In this document: positions 1 to 12,656 of the stretch, piece after piece
How positions within the stretch are numbered: the stretch's first letter is position 1
How the letters are laid out: each line of letters starts with the position of its first letter
Assembly: GCA_951406725.2 (NCBI GenBank)
Contig: OX597817.1
Coordinates: forward strand, 33,914,001-33,978,000
DNA from: Octopus vulgaris
Taxonomy: Eukaryota
Reading direction: 5' to 3'
DNA: 64,000 bases
Position numbers and translations under genes: made by a program
The notes under the pieces: generated by a model
What the model saw: only the letters and a program-made list of their open reading frames with translations
Database searches by the model: none
Told to the model about the DNA's origin: nothing

Positions 1-1324
1 CATGATCAACTCTTTAGCATTCAAACCAGCCATACATGGAGTTATTGACATGTAATTTTTGTACATAAAATAATGGTAAACACTATAACCCAATTGGCCA
101 TAGTAATACCACAGAAGACTGTCTACACATAGAAAATCTAAAGTTAATCAGTTTGGAAGACTCCACTATACAGCAGGCTAATGAACTAATCACCAATTTT
201 ACAGTTTAAGCACTTCTTGCAGCATTGGGTTGATCCAACTCTGTGTTATTTTGCTTCATAAACAGAATCATTAAAAGTGTTTCTATTCTTTGTTACTTAT
301 TTCCCTTAAAATTTCCTACTGTATTATCTATTTACTTAAATAGACTAAACCATTTTGGATCCTACTCTATGATATTTATGTATGAGATAAACTGGGCCAC
401 TTGTAGGTTCTGTAATTTTTTGACCACAAATCTTTTAATATTTTGAGACTAATCTTCATTTGTTTTATTTCCTTAAAGCCTTAAGGAAAGAGCAAATGAT
501 CCAAAATTTCAAAAACCTGGAAACCATTCTATATCTTCAGTGTACATATCTCCAAGTTTTTTTCCACTTTCATTATAAATTCACAACATAATTAAAGACA
601 CTTTTTAATACAGTTCTCTAAATTGCTCACAATATATAGAATTGAACCTCACAGAAGAGATGACTAGTGATAAGCTGCACTTAAGAAGACCTGCCCAGCA
701 ATGTAAAATCTATGTCTATGACCCCGCCTCCCTCTCTCACGACTCACTCACGCTCACCACTGCTGTTTCTCCGCTCCTTTTCATTCTCCCTCAAGTGTCC
801 ACCTACCTGTCTGCACACTACATGCTCTTGTTAAATCCAATTCTTAGCTCCTTTTCTCTGTTCGAAATCTTATGAACTCACCTGCCTATCAACCCTCTCC
901 AATCTCTGGTTCCCCCCACTATGTACACTACCCTGTAACTTAGGAGTATGGCCCCTGCCCTTTCTGTTACATCTTCACTATCTTTCTCTTCTATCTCTCT
1001 TCATCTGAGGAAGCCATGTCTCTCATCTACTGCAAGTTATCACTCTGTTCTTCAATACTACTCCCTACTAGTTGAGGGGTCTTATCCAGCAATTTACTTG
1101 GTGGCCTCACTGCTGCTAATGCCACATAAAAAGCACACAGTACACTCTGTAAAGTGGTTGACATTAGGAAGTGTAACTAGCCATAGACACCATGCCAAAA
1201 CAGACAGCAGAGCTCGGTGCAGCCTTCTAACCTGCTTGTTCCTGTCAAACTGCCCGACTCATGTCAGCATAGAAAACAAATGTTAAATGATGATGATGAC
1301 AATTGTTAAAATGTTGCAACTAAC

Positions 1325-1449
1325 CAGAGAAGCTTTCCGGGCTTCTTCATAGGCATCCATGTCAACTACCAAACCATGCTCATCAACAATTAGTTGAGTC
1401 AGGTCAATTGGAAAACCGTAAGTATCATACAGTCGCCATGCAATATCAC
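1325..1449 (-). CDS. AARS1: AlaRS coding exon 10 ([42 protein letters not shown]); gene continues off the left edge
   Basis: 125 nt, phase 1/0, CAG acceptor and GTTAGT donor. Conserved LYDTYGFP motif. Confidence 0.97.
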
Positions 1450-1822
1450 CTGAAACAGAAGATGAGAAATCAGTACTTTTCCATATAACTTTCTTGTAGG
1501 AGTAGAGGTTACATATAATACTAAGCTTTAAGATGACTACATTTTTCAAGAATTAGCTGGCTAGACTGATAGGTCTGTAACCTAGAAGACTAGAAGATTA
1601 GGACTGTTGGAGACTGTAAGGATTGCAAAGAGGCAGAAAAATCGCCACATTTAATAAAATTAGGGAATTACATTTGTTTTTATCATTAAAAAAAAAAAAA
1701 GAAAATACTGCAACAATGATAGGTTGAAAGAAATATAGTAATAAAAAATATATAGTATTTGTATTAATAGAGTAAATGTCATAAAGGTGTCCAACGTAAT
1801 AAATATACAAGAACTGAAGTAC

Positions 1823-1934
1823 CTGGAAGAGATTTTTTCCCGTCTAATTTGGCAATGCTTCTTTGTAAAAGTCTCTGCCCACGGGAGAGTGTCTTCAAAA
1901 ACTGGCTCTCTTCTTCATTAATGATATCTTTCAC
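1823..1934 (-). CDS. AARS1: AlaRS coding exon 9 ([37 protein letters not shown])
   Basis: 112 nt, phase 0/1, TAG acceptor and GT donor. Conserved IINEEE.QFLKTL.RG. Confidence 0.96.
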
Positions 1935-2503
1935 CTAAAATGAAAAATAATTAGAAAAAATATACAGGATCCATGGAGAAAAATATGTGGCAAGTTTTTT
2001 CTTCTTTTTACCATTTTTATCAGCTATAAAGTTCTTTTTTTTATTTTGTAAATAGGTCATGACTGAGTCATATAAGAATATATATAAATATAACAAATAG
2101 GTTAAAATATCAACCTTTCACTATGTCAATTAACAACAAGTAATACAGCAGAATATTAACTTTGAAATATTAATTGAAAAATTTAGTCTAACATTGTACA
2201 TGATAGTTAATTATTTTGAAATCTTAGTTCAGACAAAAGATCAAGCAAATTCAGACAAAGGATCAAGAACATTCACCTTAATCCTTCAGATTAAAATAAG
2301 GTTATGATACATGTTTTAATGTCTCCATTTTACACCTACTTTTTTTTTTACCAACCAATTTATTTGAATTTAAGAAAACTGTCATGAAGAAATATTTTGG
2401 GGTTAAAAATTTTTTAAAAATGCTGCAAAACGTATCACTTTTTTCTTCTTCAGTGGATATATATATTTTCTTAATTATTGTATTTTAATAGCGAGGAGCT
2501 TAC

Positions 2504-2542
2504 CATTTGAGGATCTTTAGCAACTTCAGGGAAAGTTGATTT
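2504..2542 (-). CDS. AARS1: AlaRS coding exon 8, 39-nt mini-exon (KSTFPEVAKDPQM)
   Basis: Long T-rich acceptor ending CAG and GTAAG donor, phase 0/0. Matches the conserved 'FPEL.KDP.M' segment needed between the flanking exons. Confidence 0.93.
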
Positions 2543-2779
2543 CTGTAAATTGAAAAAACAAAGAAAAAATAATTATTAAAAAAATATTCATAAAAGTTAA
2601 AAAAATCAATAATTAATATGACTGCTTTTGGTAGTGATCATCACAATTAGTGGCGGGAAACACATTTATAACAAAATTGTCTGCAAAAATTCTAAAACTA
2701 ACTTATGATAAATTGAAAGCAATAGTTAAACATGGAAGGAAGTAAGGACTTCTTAGTAAAGCACAAGCCATAAATTTAT

Positions 2780-4010
2780 AGAGAAGACAAAGATTCTGTG
2801 ACATTCACATCTTTCACAAGAGTGTAAAGCTACCAATCCAAGACAAAAGAGAGACATGGGGCCTAGAAGCAGGAAGTTTTGGTGAGAAATTCACGTGACA
2901 GACATGGGTGAAAGCATCAGTGATGTCAACAACAATAACAACAGTGTTCACTAAATTTCTTGGAGGTGACAGTCCAATGGTGATTAATATAGGAGAGTAG
3001 GTCTCCAGCAGATCTGACTTCATTCATAAAACCAGATGTACTGCTGGTCACTAAGGGGAGGAGAAACAGATTTAAAGAAGACTGTTATTAATGACTTTCT
3101 TCATCACTTTTGAGATACTGGAAATGTATGATAGAACAGGTTAGTATTTGGCAGTGAGATGGGGATGGCTCCTTGAGACTAGGACATGTAGCAGGTTTCA
3201 AGATCGGTATGTATCTTGGGTGGTGGGAGAAATTGAAGATTTTATGAAGGGCTAGATCTGAAGTGGATTGTTTGAAGATACTGAAAAAGACATTGTCAAG
3301 GTCAGTGGCCTTCTTGGTTAGAAGTGACCAGCAATACTTTCAAACTAGGTGTGTCTGTTTACATGATGATTCAGCCTAATGGTTTGGAAAGGGATGGGTT
3401 TGAAGGGGACTTACCTAATGTGTACAGCGTAGAGTTGGATATATAGCAAGCAGCAAATGTGGAGAAGTGAAGGGAAGAAGGGTTTCACAAAGTCGGTAGA
3501 GCTCCTTTTGGCAAAGGATCAAAAGAATCAGGTTACAGTTTCTGAGATAGGAGAGCTTGTAAGCTGTGATGCAGGAAGACATACTTTGCAGTTTGAATGG
3601 TCTTACAAAAAATGCAGTTCTGGAGCACTCCAGTTTGTGGAGGTGGGTGACTTTCTCCAAGCATTGTAGGCTGCATTTTTTTTGCCTTGTCTGCTGCAGT
3701 ACAGATATGAGTGAACCACAGAGAGAACTTGTGTTGTAAGTATTTTCTGCAAGGTGTAGAGGGACATGTTTAAGAAGATGGGTTCAAACACAGTTGTTCA
3801 GTAACAAACTTCAGTAAATATTCAGAGAACAATTGTTGTGTTTTTATACCAATGTTGATCACTCCTTGTATTTGTAACAAAAATGAGGAAAAAAACAACA
3901 AAAAGGATGACAATAGGTAGTTACTTTGAGACAGCAAAAAAGAAATTGAAAACTTTGGTAGAGGAAGAGGAGGAGGAAGATCTGGTTGACCAAGAGATGG
4001 TCTTTTTTTT
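2780..4010 (-). mobile_element. Highly degraded CR1/Jockey-type LINE reverse-transcriptase remnant in an AARS intron
   Basis: Residual RT motifs: 'SDLL...VVDITDAFTHVCH...KL...LLSWIGSF' (cf. LDISKAFDRVWH) and a KAT.LD-like segment near 3300. Many stops. Confidence 0.6.
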
Positions 4011-4069
4011 TAATGGCATTCACCATAATTAATATACAACATTAATAAACTGAATAACTATAGCATTAC

Positions 4070-4178
4070 CAGAATGGCAACAACAGTATCCACAAGAGAT
4101 GCAAAGAAGCCTGGTTTGCCCTTGAGTTTTTCTGTAGCATAGCGGACAGCACGCCTGAGGATACGACGCAAAACGTAA
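4070..4178 (-). CDS. AARS1: AlaRS coding exon 7 ([36 protein letters not shown])
   Basis: 109 nt, phase 2/0, CAG acceptor and GTAATG donor. The [11 protein letters not shown] motif is completed across the junction. Confidence 0.97.
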
Positions 4179-4659
4179 CTGAAATAGTAATATAGAATTA
4201 TATTAAAGCCACGATAAAAGATAAAGCTGACAGTCAACTAGTTACAATTTATAAACAATAATTTAATAAAAGTATCAACAAACAACAATACTTCAAATAC
4301 AAAATGATCTACAACTATTGATTGTAATCGAAGATTATCAATATTTCCAAAAGAGTGAAGGACTTTAAGAAATCCAAGATTAAACCTAAATGTTACTAAA
4401 CTGATTAGCAAATAATGAGGCAGTGTTGGAACTAAAGAATATTGGTTCTATAACGGTAACAATTAACAAGTTATTAATTGGTTGGTTGGTTGGTTGGTTG
4501 GTATGGCTGGTGCATATGGGAGTGTAAAGGAAGTCATCTGTCTAAATAGTTTTAAGTTTAAACTCAAGTGAATATTGAAGGAGGTTCTGAAGTGTATTAG
4601 AATCTCAATCATTGCATCATTAAAGACAAAGCGTTTATCTCTAACAAATAGATTTAAGT

Positions 4660-4985
4660 ATAATAATAATAATGATAATAATAATAATGAGATTATTGTA
4701 TAAAGTGCTCAAGTTCATTACAGCTCATCGGAAGTAGCCAAAAGTGCATGAACAATACATAGAATAGTGCACAGGAAGGGAACACTGAATGAGTTGTTAA
4801 AAAAAGGTGGGGATGACATCAAGTGTACTGTTGGCAAATTTCAGGAAGCATGGAAGTTTTAAAGGATGCAGTGTCCCGATAGTTTATTCCATGCTTCAGC
4901 AATTCTGAGTGTGAAAAAAATGTTTCCGAAAGGTGTGGGTGTTGTGTTAGTTTTTGATTTTGTAAGCATGTCCACAAGAGTACTT
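4660..4985 (-). mobile_element. CR1-type LINE 3' fragment with (ATT)n tail
   Basis: Homologous to the 3' end of the element at 36405-36720 (gcatggaagtttt...ggatgcagtg, ttccatgcttcagcaa). Confidence 0.75.
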
Positions 4986-5100
4986 TACTACAAGATACAC
5001 GTTCACAATTAATTGGACAAGAATCCAATACCTCATCTGTCCGTTGTTTCACATCAAATGTTTCTAAAAACAAAATATAAAGAAGAAAGTAAAAGCTTAC

Positions 5101-5246
5101 CCACGTCCACTGTTGTCTGGTCGTCCTCCATCAGACAAAGCTACTGTCAATGTTCGGGCATGATCTGCAAGTACTCTGTAGGCCATGTCAATTCCATCCA
5201 CATCCTCAGCACCAACTTTACCACTGTATACAGGGCAATCAGTCCC
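5101..5246 (-). CDS. AARS1: AlaRS coding exon 6 ([49 protein letters not shown])
   Basis: 146 nt, phase 0/2, TAG acceptor and GTAAG donor. Conserved [11 protein letters not shown] motif; translated by hand. Confidence 0.97.
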
Positions 5247-5342
5247 CTAGACACACGGTAAACATACCAAGACGAGGTTATATTACCAAGAAATTGTTAT
5301 AGCTAGGTTATATAATTAAATTCAATAAATATTAGATTTATA

Positions 5343-5573
5343 TGTTTCTTTATTGCCCACAAGGGGTTAAACATAGAGGGGACAAACAAGGACAGACAAA
5401 GGGATTAAGTCGATTACATCGACTCCAGTGCTTAACTGGTACTTAATTATCAACCCCGAAAGGATGAAAGGCAAAGTCGACCTCAGTGAAATCTGAATTA
5501 AGAACGTAACGGCAGACGAAATACCGCTAAGCATTTCGCCTGGTACGCTAACGTTTTTGCCAGCTTGCCGCCT
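5343..5573 (-). mobile_element. Meta-domain-like tRNA SINE; other copies at ~11992-12210(+), 20851-21410(+, two), 33815-34450(+), 40738-40950(-), 41620-42015(-, two), 49990-50205(-), 51848-51997(+), 53509-53748(+), 54365-54975(+), 59210-59345(+)
   Basis: Recurrent core gaggtcgactttgcctttcatcctttcggggtcgataaa-taagtaccag after a tRNA-like head with a B-box-like gagttcaaattcc. Confidence 0.8.
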
Positions 5574-6792
5574 AATACTATAAATATTAGATTTATAATA
5601 CCAATATTAAGGTAAAAAACAACAAACAGGCTAATGCTGGCTGGATGAAAAGTACTCACAGTACCGCTTCATCAAGCATCTCAATGAAGATGGAAGAATG
5701 AAGTAGCTCATGCAAACTTGGGATTACTGGACATCACAAATGGAATGAAACACACTCATGATATAACAAGAGATGCTATATACCAGGCACATGTCTAGAC
5801 ATCACGATGGTTGTAAATGGCCGTCATCATTATACAAGTGAAGTTGTTCATTTCCAGTCTTCAGTGAGAAAATAATGCCTTGCTTGGAAACAGGTGAGGA
5901 TTGGCAACAGGAAAGGCATCCAACTGTAAAAAAAATTTTCTTCAACAAATTCCATCTGATCCATGCAATGTGGATGTTAAATGATGTTGATGAGTGAAAT
6001 GTAAATAACTACATAACTACACGATAATCTATTTTCTCATTTTTTTTTCATTCATTTCCTCTTTTGCCAATCTTGTGACCTTCAAAACCCTACAACCAAC
6101 CTCTTAGCCATGTCATCTACACCCCATAAACTCTTCAGTCCTACATGTAACTTCCAATATATTTTCCCAAGCTTTTAGTCTCTGCTTCATCAGTCAACAC
6201 AATACACATCACTTCAGCTTAATTTAAGGGAAAAAAATATCATCATCATTTAACATCCATTCTTCTATGCTTGCATGAGTCAGACAGAATTTGTTGAGGT
6301 AGATTTTCTACAGCCAGATGCCCTTCTTGTTGCGAACCCCCACCTGTTTCCAAGAAAAAGTAATATTTCCCCATGGCCAGACATATTTTTTATGGAAGAC
6401 TGGAAACGAACAACATTGCTAATGTGAAAGTGATGCTCATTTACTAACTACCATCACATTACGTCAAAAGCAGGCTACAGACACACTCAGATACATACAT
6501 TAGCAAAGAGTGATGCATAGTGAGGGCTCAAATCACACACCTTTGTTTACACCCATCCATATTTTATTTAAGGGAATTGTACAAGGACAAAAATCTGGAC
6601 ATTCACTATAATGCCATTTGAGAATTCAAGACCATGTCATTATTGCACAAAAAGAACAGCTTAGATATACATTCATTTGATTTATAAACGGTTACCATAA
6701 ACTCAAAATAAAATCTTGTAGAAACAGGAGCAGGCTTGGCTTTATGGTTGAGAAGATAGCTTTGCAACCACATGGTTTCAGCACTTTGGGCA

Positions 6793-7004
6793 GCCGTTCA
6801 AGAATTTGGACCTGGAGATCTCCATTTCCAGCAACTTCGAGGGCCACCTCCCAGTGGTGTCAGGCGTCAACAAAGAGCCCTCGACTACAACAAGACGACC
6901 AAAGTTTTCTTTTTTTTCCAAGGTCTGGGGTCTCCTGCTCCTAAGCCCTAGACCATCACCTAATCGCCCTTACCCATCTTGTTGCTTAACAACAACAACA
7001 ACAG
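6793..7004 (+). mobile_element. 5'-truncated non-LTR retroposon fragment with (AAC)n tail, inserted into a SINE
   Basis: Perfect 14-bp TSD cagcactttgggca at 6779-6792 and 7005-7018. Interrupts a CORE-like SINE (6725-7320). Confidence 0.8.
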
Positions 7005-7348
7005 CAGCACTTTGGGCAAGGGTCTTCTACTATAACTCTGGACTGACCAATACCTTATGAAAGAGTTTGGTAGGCAAAAACTGTGTGAAAGCTTGTTATA
7101 TGTGGTGATGGTGGAGGCTTAGAGTCTGTTTGTCGCCACCATTTGACAACTAGTGCTGGATGTTTACATTCTCTATCTTAGTAGTTCAGCAAAAGAGACC
7201 AATAGAATATGTACCAGACCTTAAAATAAGTACTGGGATTGATCTGTTCGACTAAAAACACTGAAAGGTGGCCCGGAATGGCCACATTCCAATGACTGAA
7301 AGAAGTAAAAAATAAAACACATAACAGCAAACATCTATTATGACATAC

Positions 7349-7493
7349 CTTTTGAATTGCCTCAAAAATTGGTGTAAATACATCTGTATCGTAATTGGAC
7401 ATTTTTTCCTGCAGTACAGAGACCAATCGCTCAAAACCCATACCACAGTCAATATGCTTTTTGGGCAAATTAGATAATGAACTATCAGCTTCT
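7349..7493 (-). CDS. AARS1: AlaRS coding exon 5 ([28 protein letters not shown]...SNYDTDVF...AIQK)
   Basis: 145 nt, phase 2/0. Contains motif 3 (DxGMGxERL). CAG acceptor and GTATGT donor. Confidence 0.97.
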
Positions 7494-7649
7494 CTGTTTG
7501 GTAAATAAAAAAGAATGTGTGTCAATAATATCAAATGATGGTGAAGAGACAAAGGACAGAATAAAATCAGCTTCATAAATATCTTAATACATAAAATTGA
7601 CAAATGAAAAGTGCATTAAGCAGTGTTGAATAGAAATATAGTTATGTAT

Positions 7650-8060
7650 AGGCGCAGGAGTGGCTGTGTAGTAAGTAGCTTGCTAACCAACCACATGGTT
7701 CCGGGTTCAGTCCCACTGCGTGGCATCTTGGGCAAGTGTCTTCTGCTATAGCCCCGGGCCGACCAATGCCTTGTGAGTGGATTTGGTAGATGGAAACTGA
7801 AAGAAGCCAGTCGTATATATGTATATATATATATGTATGTGTGTGTTTGTGTGTCTGTGTTTGTCCCCCTAGCATTGCTTGACAACCGATGCTGGTGTGT
7901 TCACGTACTCGTAACTTAGCGGTTCGGCAAAAGAGAACGATAGAATAAGTACTGGGCTTTCAAAGAATAAGTCCCGGGGTCGATTTGCTCGACTAAAGGC
8001 GGTGCTCCAGCATGGCCGCAGTCAAATGACTGAAACAAGTAAAAGAGTAAAAGAGAGAGT
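7650..8060 (+). mobile_element. tRNA-derived CORE-like SINE (~400 bp), the dominant family; other copies at ~22034-22443(+), 27696-28112(+), 47822-48045(-), 48753-49130(+), 49264-49576(+), 52260-52665(+), 53939-54342(+), 54432-54820(-), 58798-59197(-), plus fragments
   Basis: A-box-like gtggctgtgtggtaag and B-box-like gggttcagtccc, CORE-like ccttgggcaagtg, an internal (TA/TG) microsatellite, and tail ggtgctccagcatggccgcagtcaaatgactgaaac(aagtaaaag)n. Confidence 0.88.
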
Positions 8061-9007
8061 ATAGTGTTATTTAATATGTTTCATCATCATCATCATTTAA
8101 CGACCATTGTCCATGCTGGCATGGGTTGGATGGTTGCGCCAGGATTCAATTTGATTTGGTATGGTTTTTGTATGGCTGGATGCCTTTCCTAACACCAACC
8201 AACCAATCTGAGAGAGTAATGGGTGCTTTTAGGTGCCACTGGTATGGGTGCCAATTTGCATGACACCAGTATCTGCCACGACTACAAATTTGTTCGGCTT
8301 GATGGGTCTTATTCTCAAGCATGAAATAATGCCAAAAGGTTTTGGTCATTGCCTCCATGAGGCCCAACACTTGAAAGGAGCTCAATCACTTTGCCTCCAT
8401 GAGGCCCAACACTCCAAAGGAACTCAGCCGCCTCACCTCCATCAGGCCCGCTTAAAAGGAACTCAACCACCTCTCCTCTGCCAGGCCCAACACTCGGTGT
8501 TTTGTCTTTCCATGTCTGGATGTACACAAACATGTTAAAAAAGACTATACATAACTATAGTGGTTTCAGATTTTAGCACAAAACCAGCAATTTCAGGAGA
8601 GGACCTACAACAACCCCAGTGCTCAACTAGTACTTATGGAAATTTTCATATCCTACTTAATGTGGATATATTGTTAAAATGCCTTGAGAAATCTTCTCAT
8701 ATACACATTTATTGCTAAGAAGTAGAGACATATTGATGTTGTTAGCAGATGAGAAATAGTCCAACACTGGTGGTGGAACTGCAAGAGCATGTGAGATCAG
8801 TGTGTTTGCACTTCATCAGTAGCAGGCATTCACTCACTAACTGGGATCCACCAGCAAGGTCATGCACTGTTTATCTTGATATGAGATCACCATGTTGCAC
8901 ACATATGGTTGTGATGTATGTGCCTGGTGTACCCTTATCAGATGGGAATACTGGGCTTCCTATATTTTACCCCAGTGTCATTTTCATGGCATGCACTGCT
9001 CTCTCAC

Positions 9008-9040
<33 letters not shown>

Positions 9041-9084
9041 CAGAGAGTTTATGTGTGAAAGAGTGGTGATAGAATGATACTCAC

Positions 9085-9276
9085 CTGTTGAACTGAATGA
9101 AAACCAAGTTCCAAATCTCAAGGACATTAGGATCATCCATATTTACTAAGTGGCTGGCATCTCGTCCACCAATTCTGTCAAAATGAATCTCTGAACAAGG
9201 TCCACAGGGACCAGTTTCTCCCATTTCCCAGAAATTGTCTTTTGCATCAAAAGGAAGGATATGGCTCTCTGGGAGA
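9085..9276 (-). CDS. AARS1: AlaRS coding exon 4 (LPESHILPF...[22 protein letters not shown]...[13 protein letters not shown])
   Basis: 192 nt, phase 2/2, CAG acceptor and GTGAGT donor. Conserved GPCGPCSEI and EIWNLVF motifs. Confidence 0.98.
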
Positions 9277-9836
9277 CTGAAAATGTAAAGTAACATTTTA
9301 CAAAACATCATATTTTTAATGAAGATTATATGTTACTATTTTGACATCTTTAATGAGACATAAAATAGTGTTGTACTAATTTAAAAATTCATTCGCTTCG
9401 TTTAATGTTGAATGGATTAATTCTTTGTTGAAACGTCATCTAATAGAGAGTATCAGGAGCAACATCAGGAGTAAAAGAAATTCTATGACAATGATTTTAT
9501 TCTTAATTTGTTCCAGCAGATTTGAATGTATGTTAATTGTGTTTCATCACAGAACAACTTCTCCATTACAACAAATGTGTATTCATAACACTTATGTGTC
9601 ATTAGTGCAAAGACTCTGGGAGAGCCAGTGTTTCAACATTGCTATGTCTCATCAGCCAAAGGCACTCCAAACAAATGATTCTAGCAAAAGTTAAAGCTTT
9701 TGTTTAAAACAAGTGAACAGTTTGTTGATCTGTGCTGACATCTGACAACCAATAACAATTGCCAGATTTTAATATATCAAATATCAAGAAAAAATTAAAA
9801 TAAAAAGGCAAACTGATTTAAATCTATGTGTGTGTG

Positions 9837-9881
<45 letters not shown>

Positions 9882-10007
9882 GCACATACATTGAGGCTTC
9901 ATTCCATTGCTACTCTGAGTTTGTTGTTTCTGTTTTTCTGTTGCCATGTAAAACACCAAAGGAAATCTCAACTTGAAATAAATATATATATATATATAAA
10001 CACTTAC

Positions 10008-10153
10008 CCAAGATCTAACCAAATTTGTTTACATTCATCATCTGGGTCCAAATTAGTCGCAGGATTGCCACCAAAGTAAGTCACATACAAACGATCCTTT
10101 TCCAAACCTAGTCTCTCTACAAGGTATTCCCATGCCCAAGAACATATTTCTTT
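10008..10153 (-). CDS. AARS1: AlaRS coding exon 3 (KEICSWAWEYLVERLGLEKDRLYVTYFGG...IWLDLG)
   Basis: 146 nt, phase 0/2, CAG acceptor and GTAAGT donor. Translated by hand; absent from the ORF track. Confidence 0.97.
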
Positions 10154-10818
10154 CTGAAAGTAAAAATTACCAGTTTATCATGAATTTTCAATGCTATCAA
10201 CAGAGATAAAACAGTCGTTTCTCTTGTCTATCTTGTGTCATTTTGTCCCTCATTTCACTTCAAATGTAACACCTGTATTCCATGCACACTTTCAAAACAG
10301 TGCAGAATCATAATGTACGTTTATTTGATCCTTAAACTTAACTCTCATAAGTCATTCATCCAAATGTGGTTTTCATACTTCATACCACACAATGCTGGAT
10401 CATAAACATCTCTACACCACAACTGCAGGCTAAAAATATGTCAACATGCGTTGTTTAACAAAAAGACTGCTTATATTAGAGTAGATATTCAACATCATTT
10501 TAACACCCACTTATCCATTCTTGTACGAGTCAGATAAATTTTTTTGTGGCCAGATGCTTTTCCTGTAGCCAACCCTTAGGACAATGACACTCATTTAACA
10601 AGCATCCTGTGATATCGAGACTTACACATACATTTGTGTACCAGATCCACTCACAAGGATTTGATCAGTCTGAGGCTATAAAAGAAGACACTTGCCCAAG
10701 ATGCCATGCAGTGGGACAGAACCCAAACATTGTATTTGGGAAGCAAAATTCTTACCACGAACCTATTCAAACAAAGTAAATTAATACTTCACATATTTAT
10801 ACTTTAAATTAAGAATGG

Positions 10819-11232
10819 GGATCTTTTCGGTTTGAACGGCAGTTTTTTCTAGCGGTGTCATATGAAATTGTCACCCATAATTATGACCCTAGTATCGATC
10901 TATTACATTTCAATGTTTTAGGGTTAGGGTTAGGGGTGAGGGGAAGGGTATCTTTTTTCTTCAGAAATGTAAATAAACCCAATCTGTTTCTTAAACGAGA
11001 GACATATTCATACAGCACAGAATGTTTTTTACCTCAATAGACGTCAGTGATTGGTTGAAATTGCAGAAATTGAAGAAAAAAAACAACAAATATCTTACAA
11101 ACTATAGAATTTTCTCAATAAAGCCAAGAGAAAATGATGTTTTATAAACACATCCTACCAGTATACGAAGCTAAACATTTTTTAGTTACCTAGAAATTAT
11201 GTTAAAAACTGCCGTTCAAACCAAAAAGATCC
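10819..11232 (+). mobile_element. ~415-bp MITE with GGATCTTTTCGGTTTGAACGGCAGTTTTT TIRs and internal (TTAGGG)n; Merlin-like
   Basis: ~28-bp TIRs and 8-bp TSD aagaatgg/aagaattg. Three more copies at 32.8-35.1 kb. Confidence 0.85.
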
Positions 11233-11567
11233 AAGAATTGTGAATAGGAAATGGCAAAAAAGAGCCTTACATTTATGCAAATAGAATATCTTTACCTATT
11301 TTTTATAGATTATTCCTTAATTTATAAATATTATTTTCCAAATCATCATAAATTTAAATAATTCTTCTACCATATATTGTTTAGACCTGCATTCCAAAAG
11401 AAATGAAGTTTCATGGTTTTTGCCAAATACTTAGAAGAATTTAAAATATTTCAAATACTACAAAGAAATTTGGTAAGTATAGGTTTGTCTGTCTATTCCT
11501 TTGTCTCAAGCCAATATATAATGATAAAACAGAGGATAAAAACAGAAAATAATTCTAAAATACTGAC

Positions 11568-11756
11568 CTTATAATAATCACCAAATGACCAATTCCCCAA
11601 CATTTCAAAGAAAGTGTGATGGTAGACATCTTTGCCTACATCCTCAAGATCATTGTGTTTTCCACCAGCACGAATACATTTTTGTGTGTTAGCTGTTCGC
11701 ACCCATTTTGACATATCACTACTAGGATCAACAGTTCCTAAAAAAATTGGTTTAAA
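11568..11756 (-). CDS. AARS1: AlaRS coding exon 2 (FKPIFLG...[39 protein letters not shown])
   Basis: 189 nt, phase 0/0, CAG acceptor and GTCAGT donor. Invariant AlaRS motif-2 sequence. Confidence 0.98.
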
Positions 11757-12512
11757 CTGAAACAAAAAATGGATAGTATTAGAAAATATCTACACAGTTA
11801 TAAAGTTCATTTTACATTTAATATACAACATAAAACAGTCTAAAACTATTTTACAGTTTCTATGTCTGGTGTAAGCTTCTTAGTTTTAAGTTCTTCTGCA
11901 CTGATCAGTACATTGGGCAGGAAGCTTTCTCCCACCAGGTTATGTTGGTTGCTATTCTTGCACATCCATTCCATGTAATGCTGGCTGTCTTCAGAAACGT
12001 TAGCACGCCGGGCGAAATGCTTAGTGGTATTTCGTCTGCCGTTAGGTTCTGAGTTCAAATTCCGCCAAGGTCGACTTTGCCTTTCATCCTTTTGGGGTCG
12101 AGTAAATAAGTACCAGTTATGCACTGGGGTCGATATAATCGACTTAATCAGTTTGTCTGTCCTTGTTTGTCCTCTCTGTGTTTAGCCCCTTGTGGGTAGT
12201 AAAGAAATAGGCATGTACTGGGTGCTGTTTTTCATTGAGGTCACCATGCAGTTTGCAAGACTATGAGTGTTGTTCCATTACACAAATGGTCCACAATATT
12301 TTTTACAGTTACATCAAGGAATGCATGGGAAGAAGAGGTGATGTGAATCCAAGCATGTTGACTTACAGTGATAAGACACTGGATGAAAACAAATAGAAAA
12401 ATACCATGTTGTATCCAACTCCTGCTAGAACCATTGATAACAATAAATAAGGATTCTTTGTTATATATGACATATATATCACAAATATTGATATCACCAG
12501 TAAATTACATAC

Positions 12513-12656
12513 CTGATTCATGCCAGCATTTGCAAATAATAATGTTGGGTCATCGTGGGGAATCACAGATGAAGAATGGACATACAAGTGCTCTTTCTCC
12601 TTGAAGAAATCAAGAAAGCTGTTTCTCACTTGACTACTTGTTAAGTAAGTCTTCAT
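12513..12656 (-). CDS. AARS1: Alanyl-tRNA synthetase, first coding exon ([18 protein letters not shown]...[14 protein letters not shown])
   Basis: 144 nt. Contains the AlaRS motif-1 region [21 protein letters not shown]. Acceptor ttatttttatgacAG lies 8 nt upstream of the ATG (exon starts 12664); GT donor at 12512-12511. Confidence 0.96.

Noticed and set aside
10917-10945. Telomere or chromosome-fusion relic from TTAGGG repeats
   Set aside because: The repeats are short and always internal to the same MITE family.
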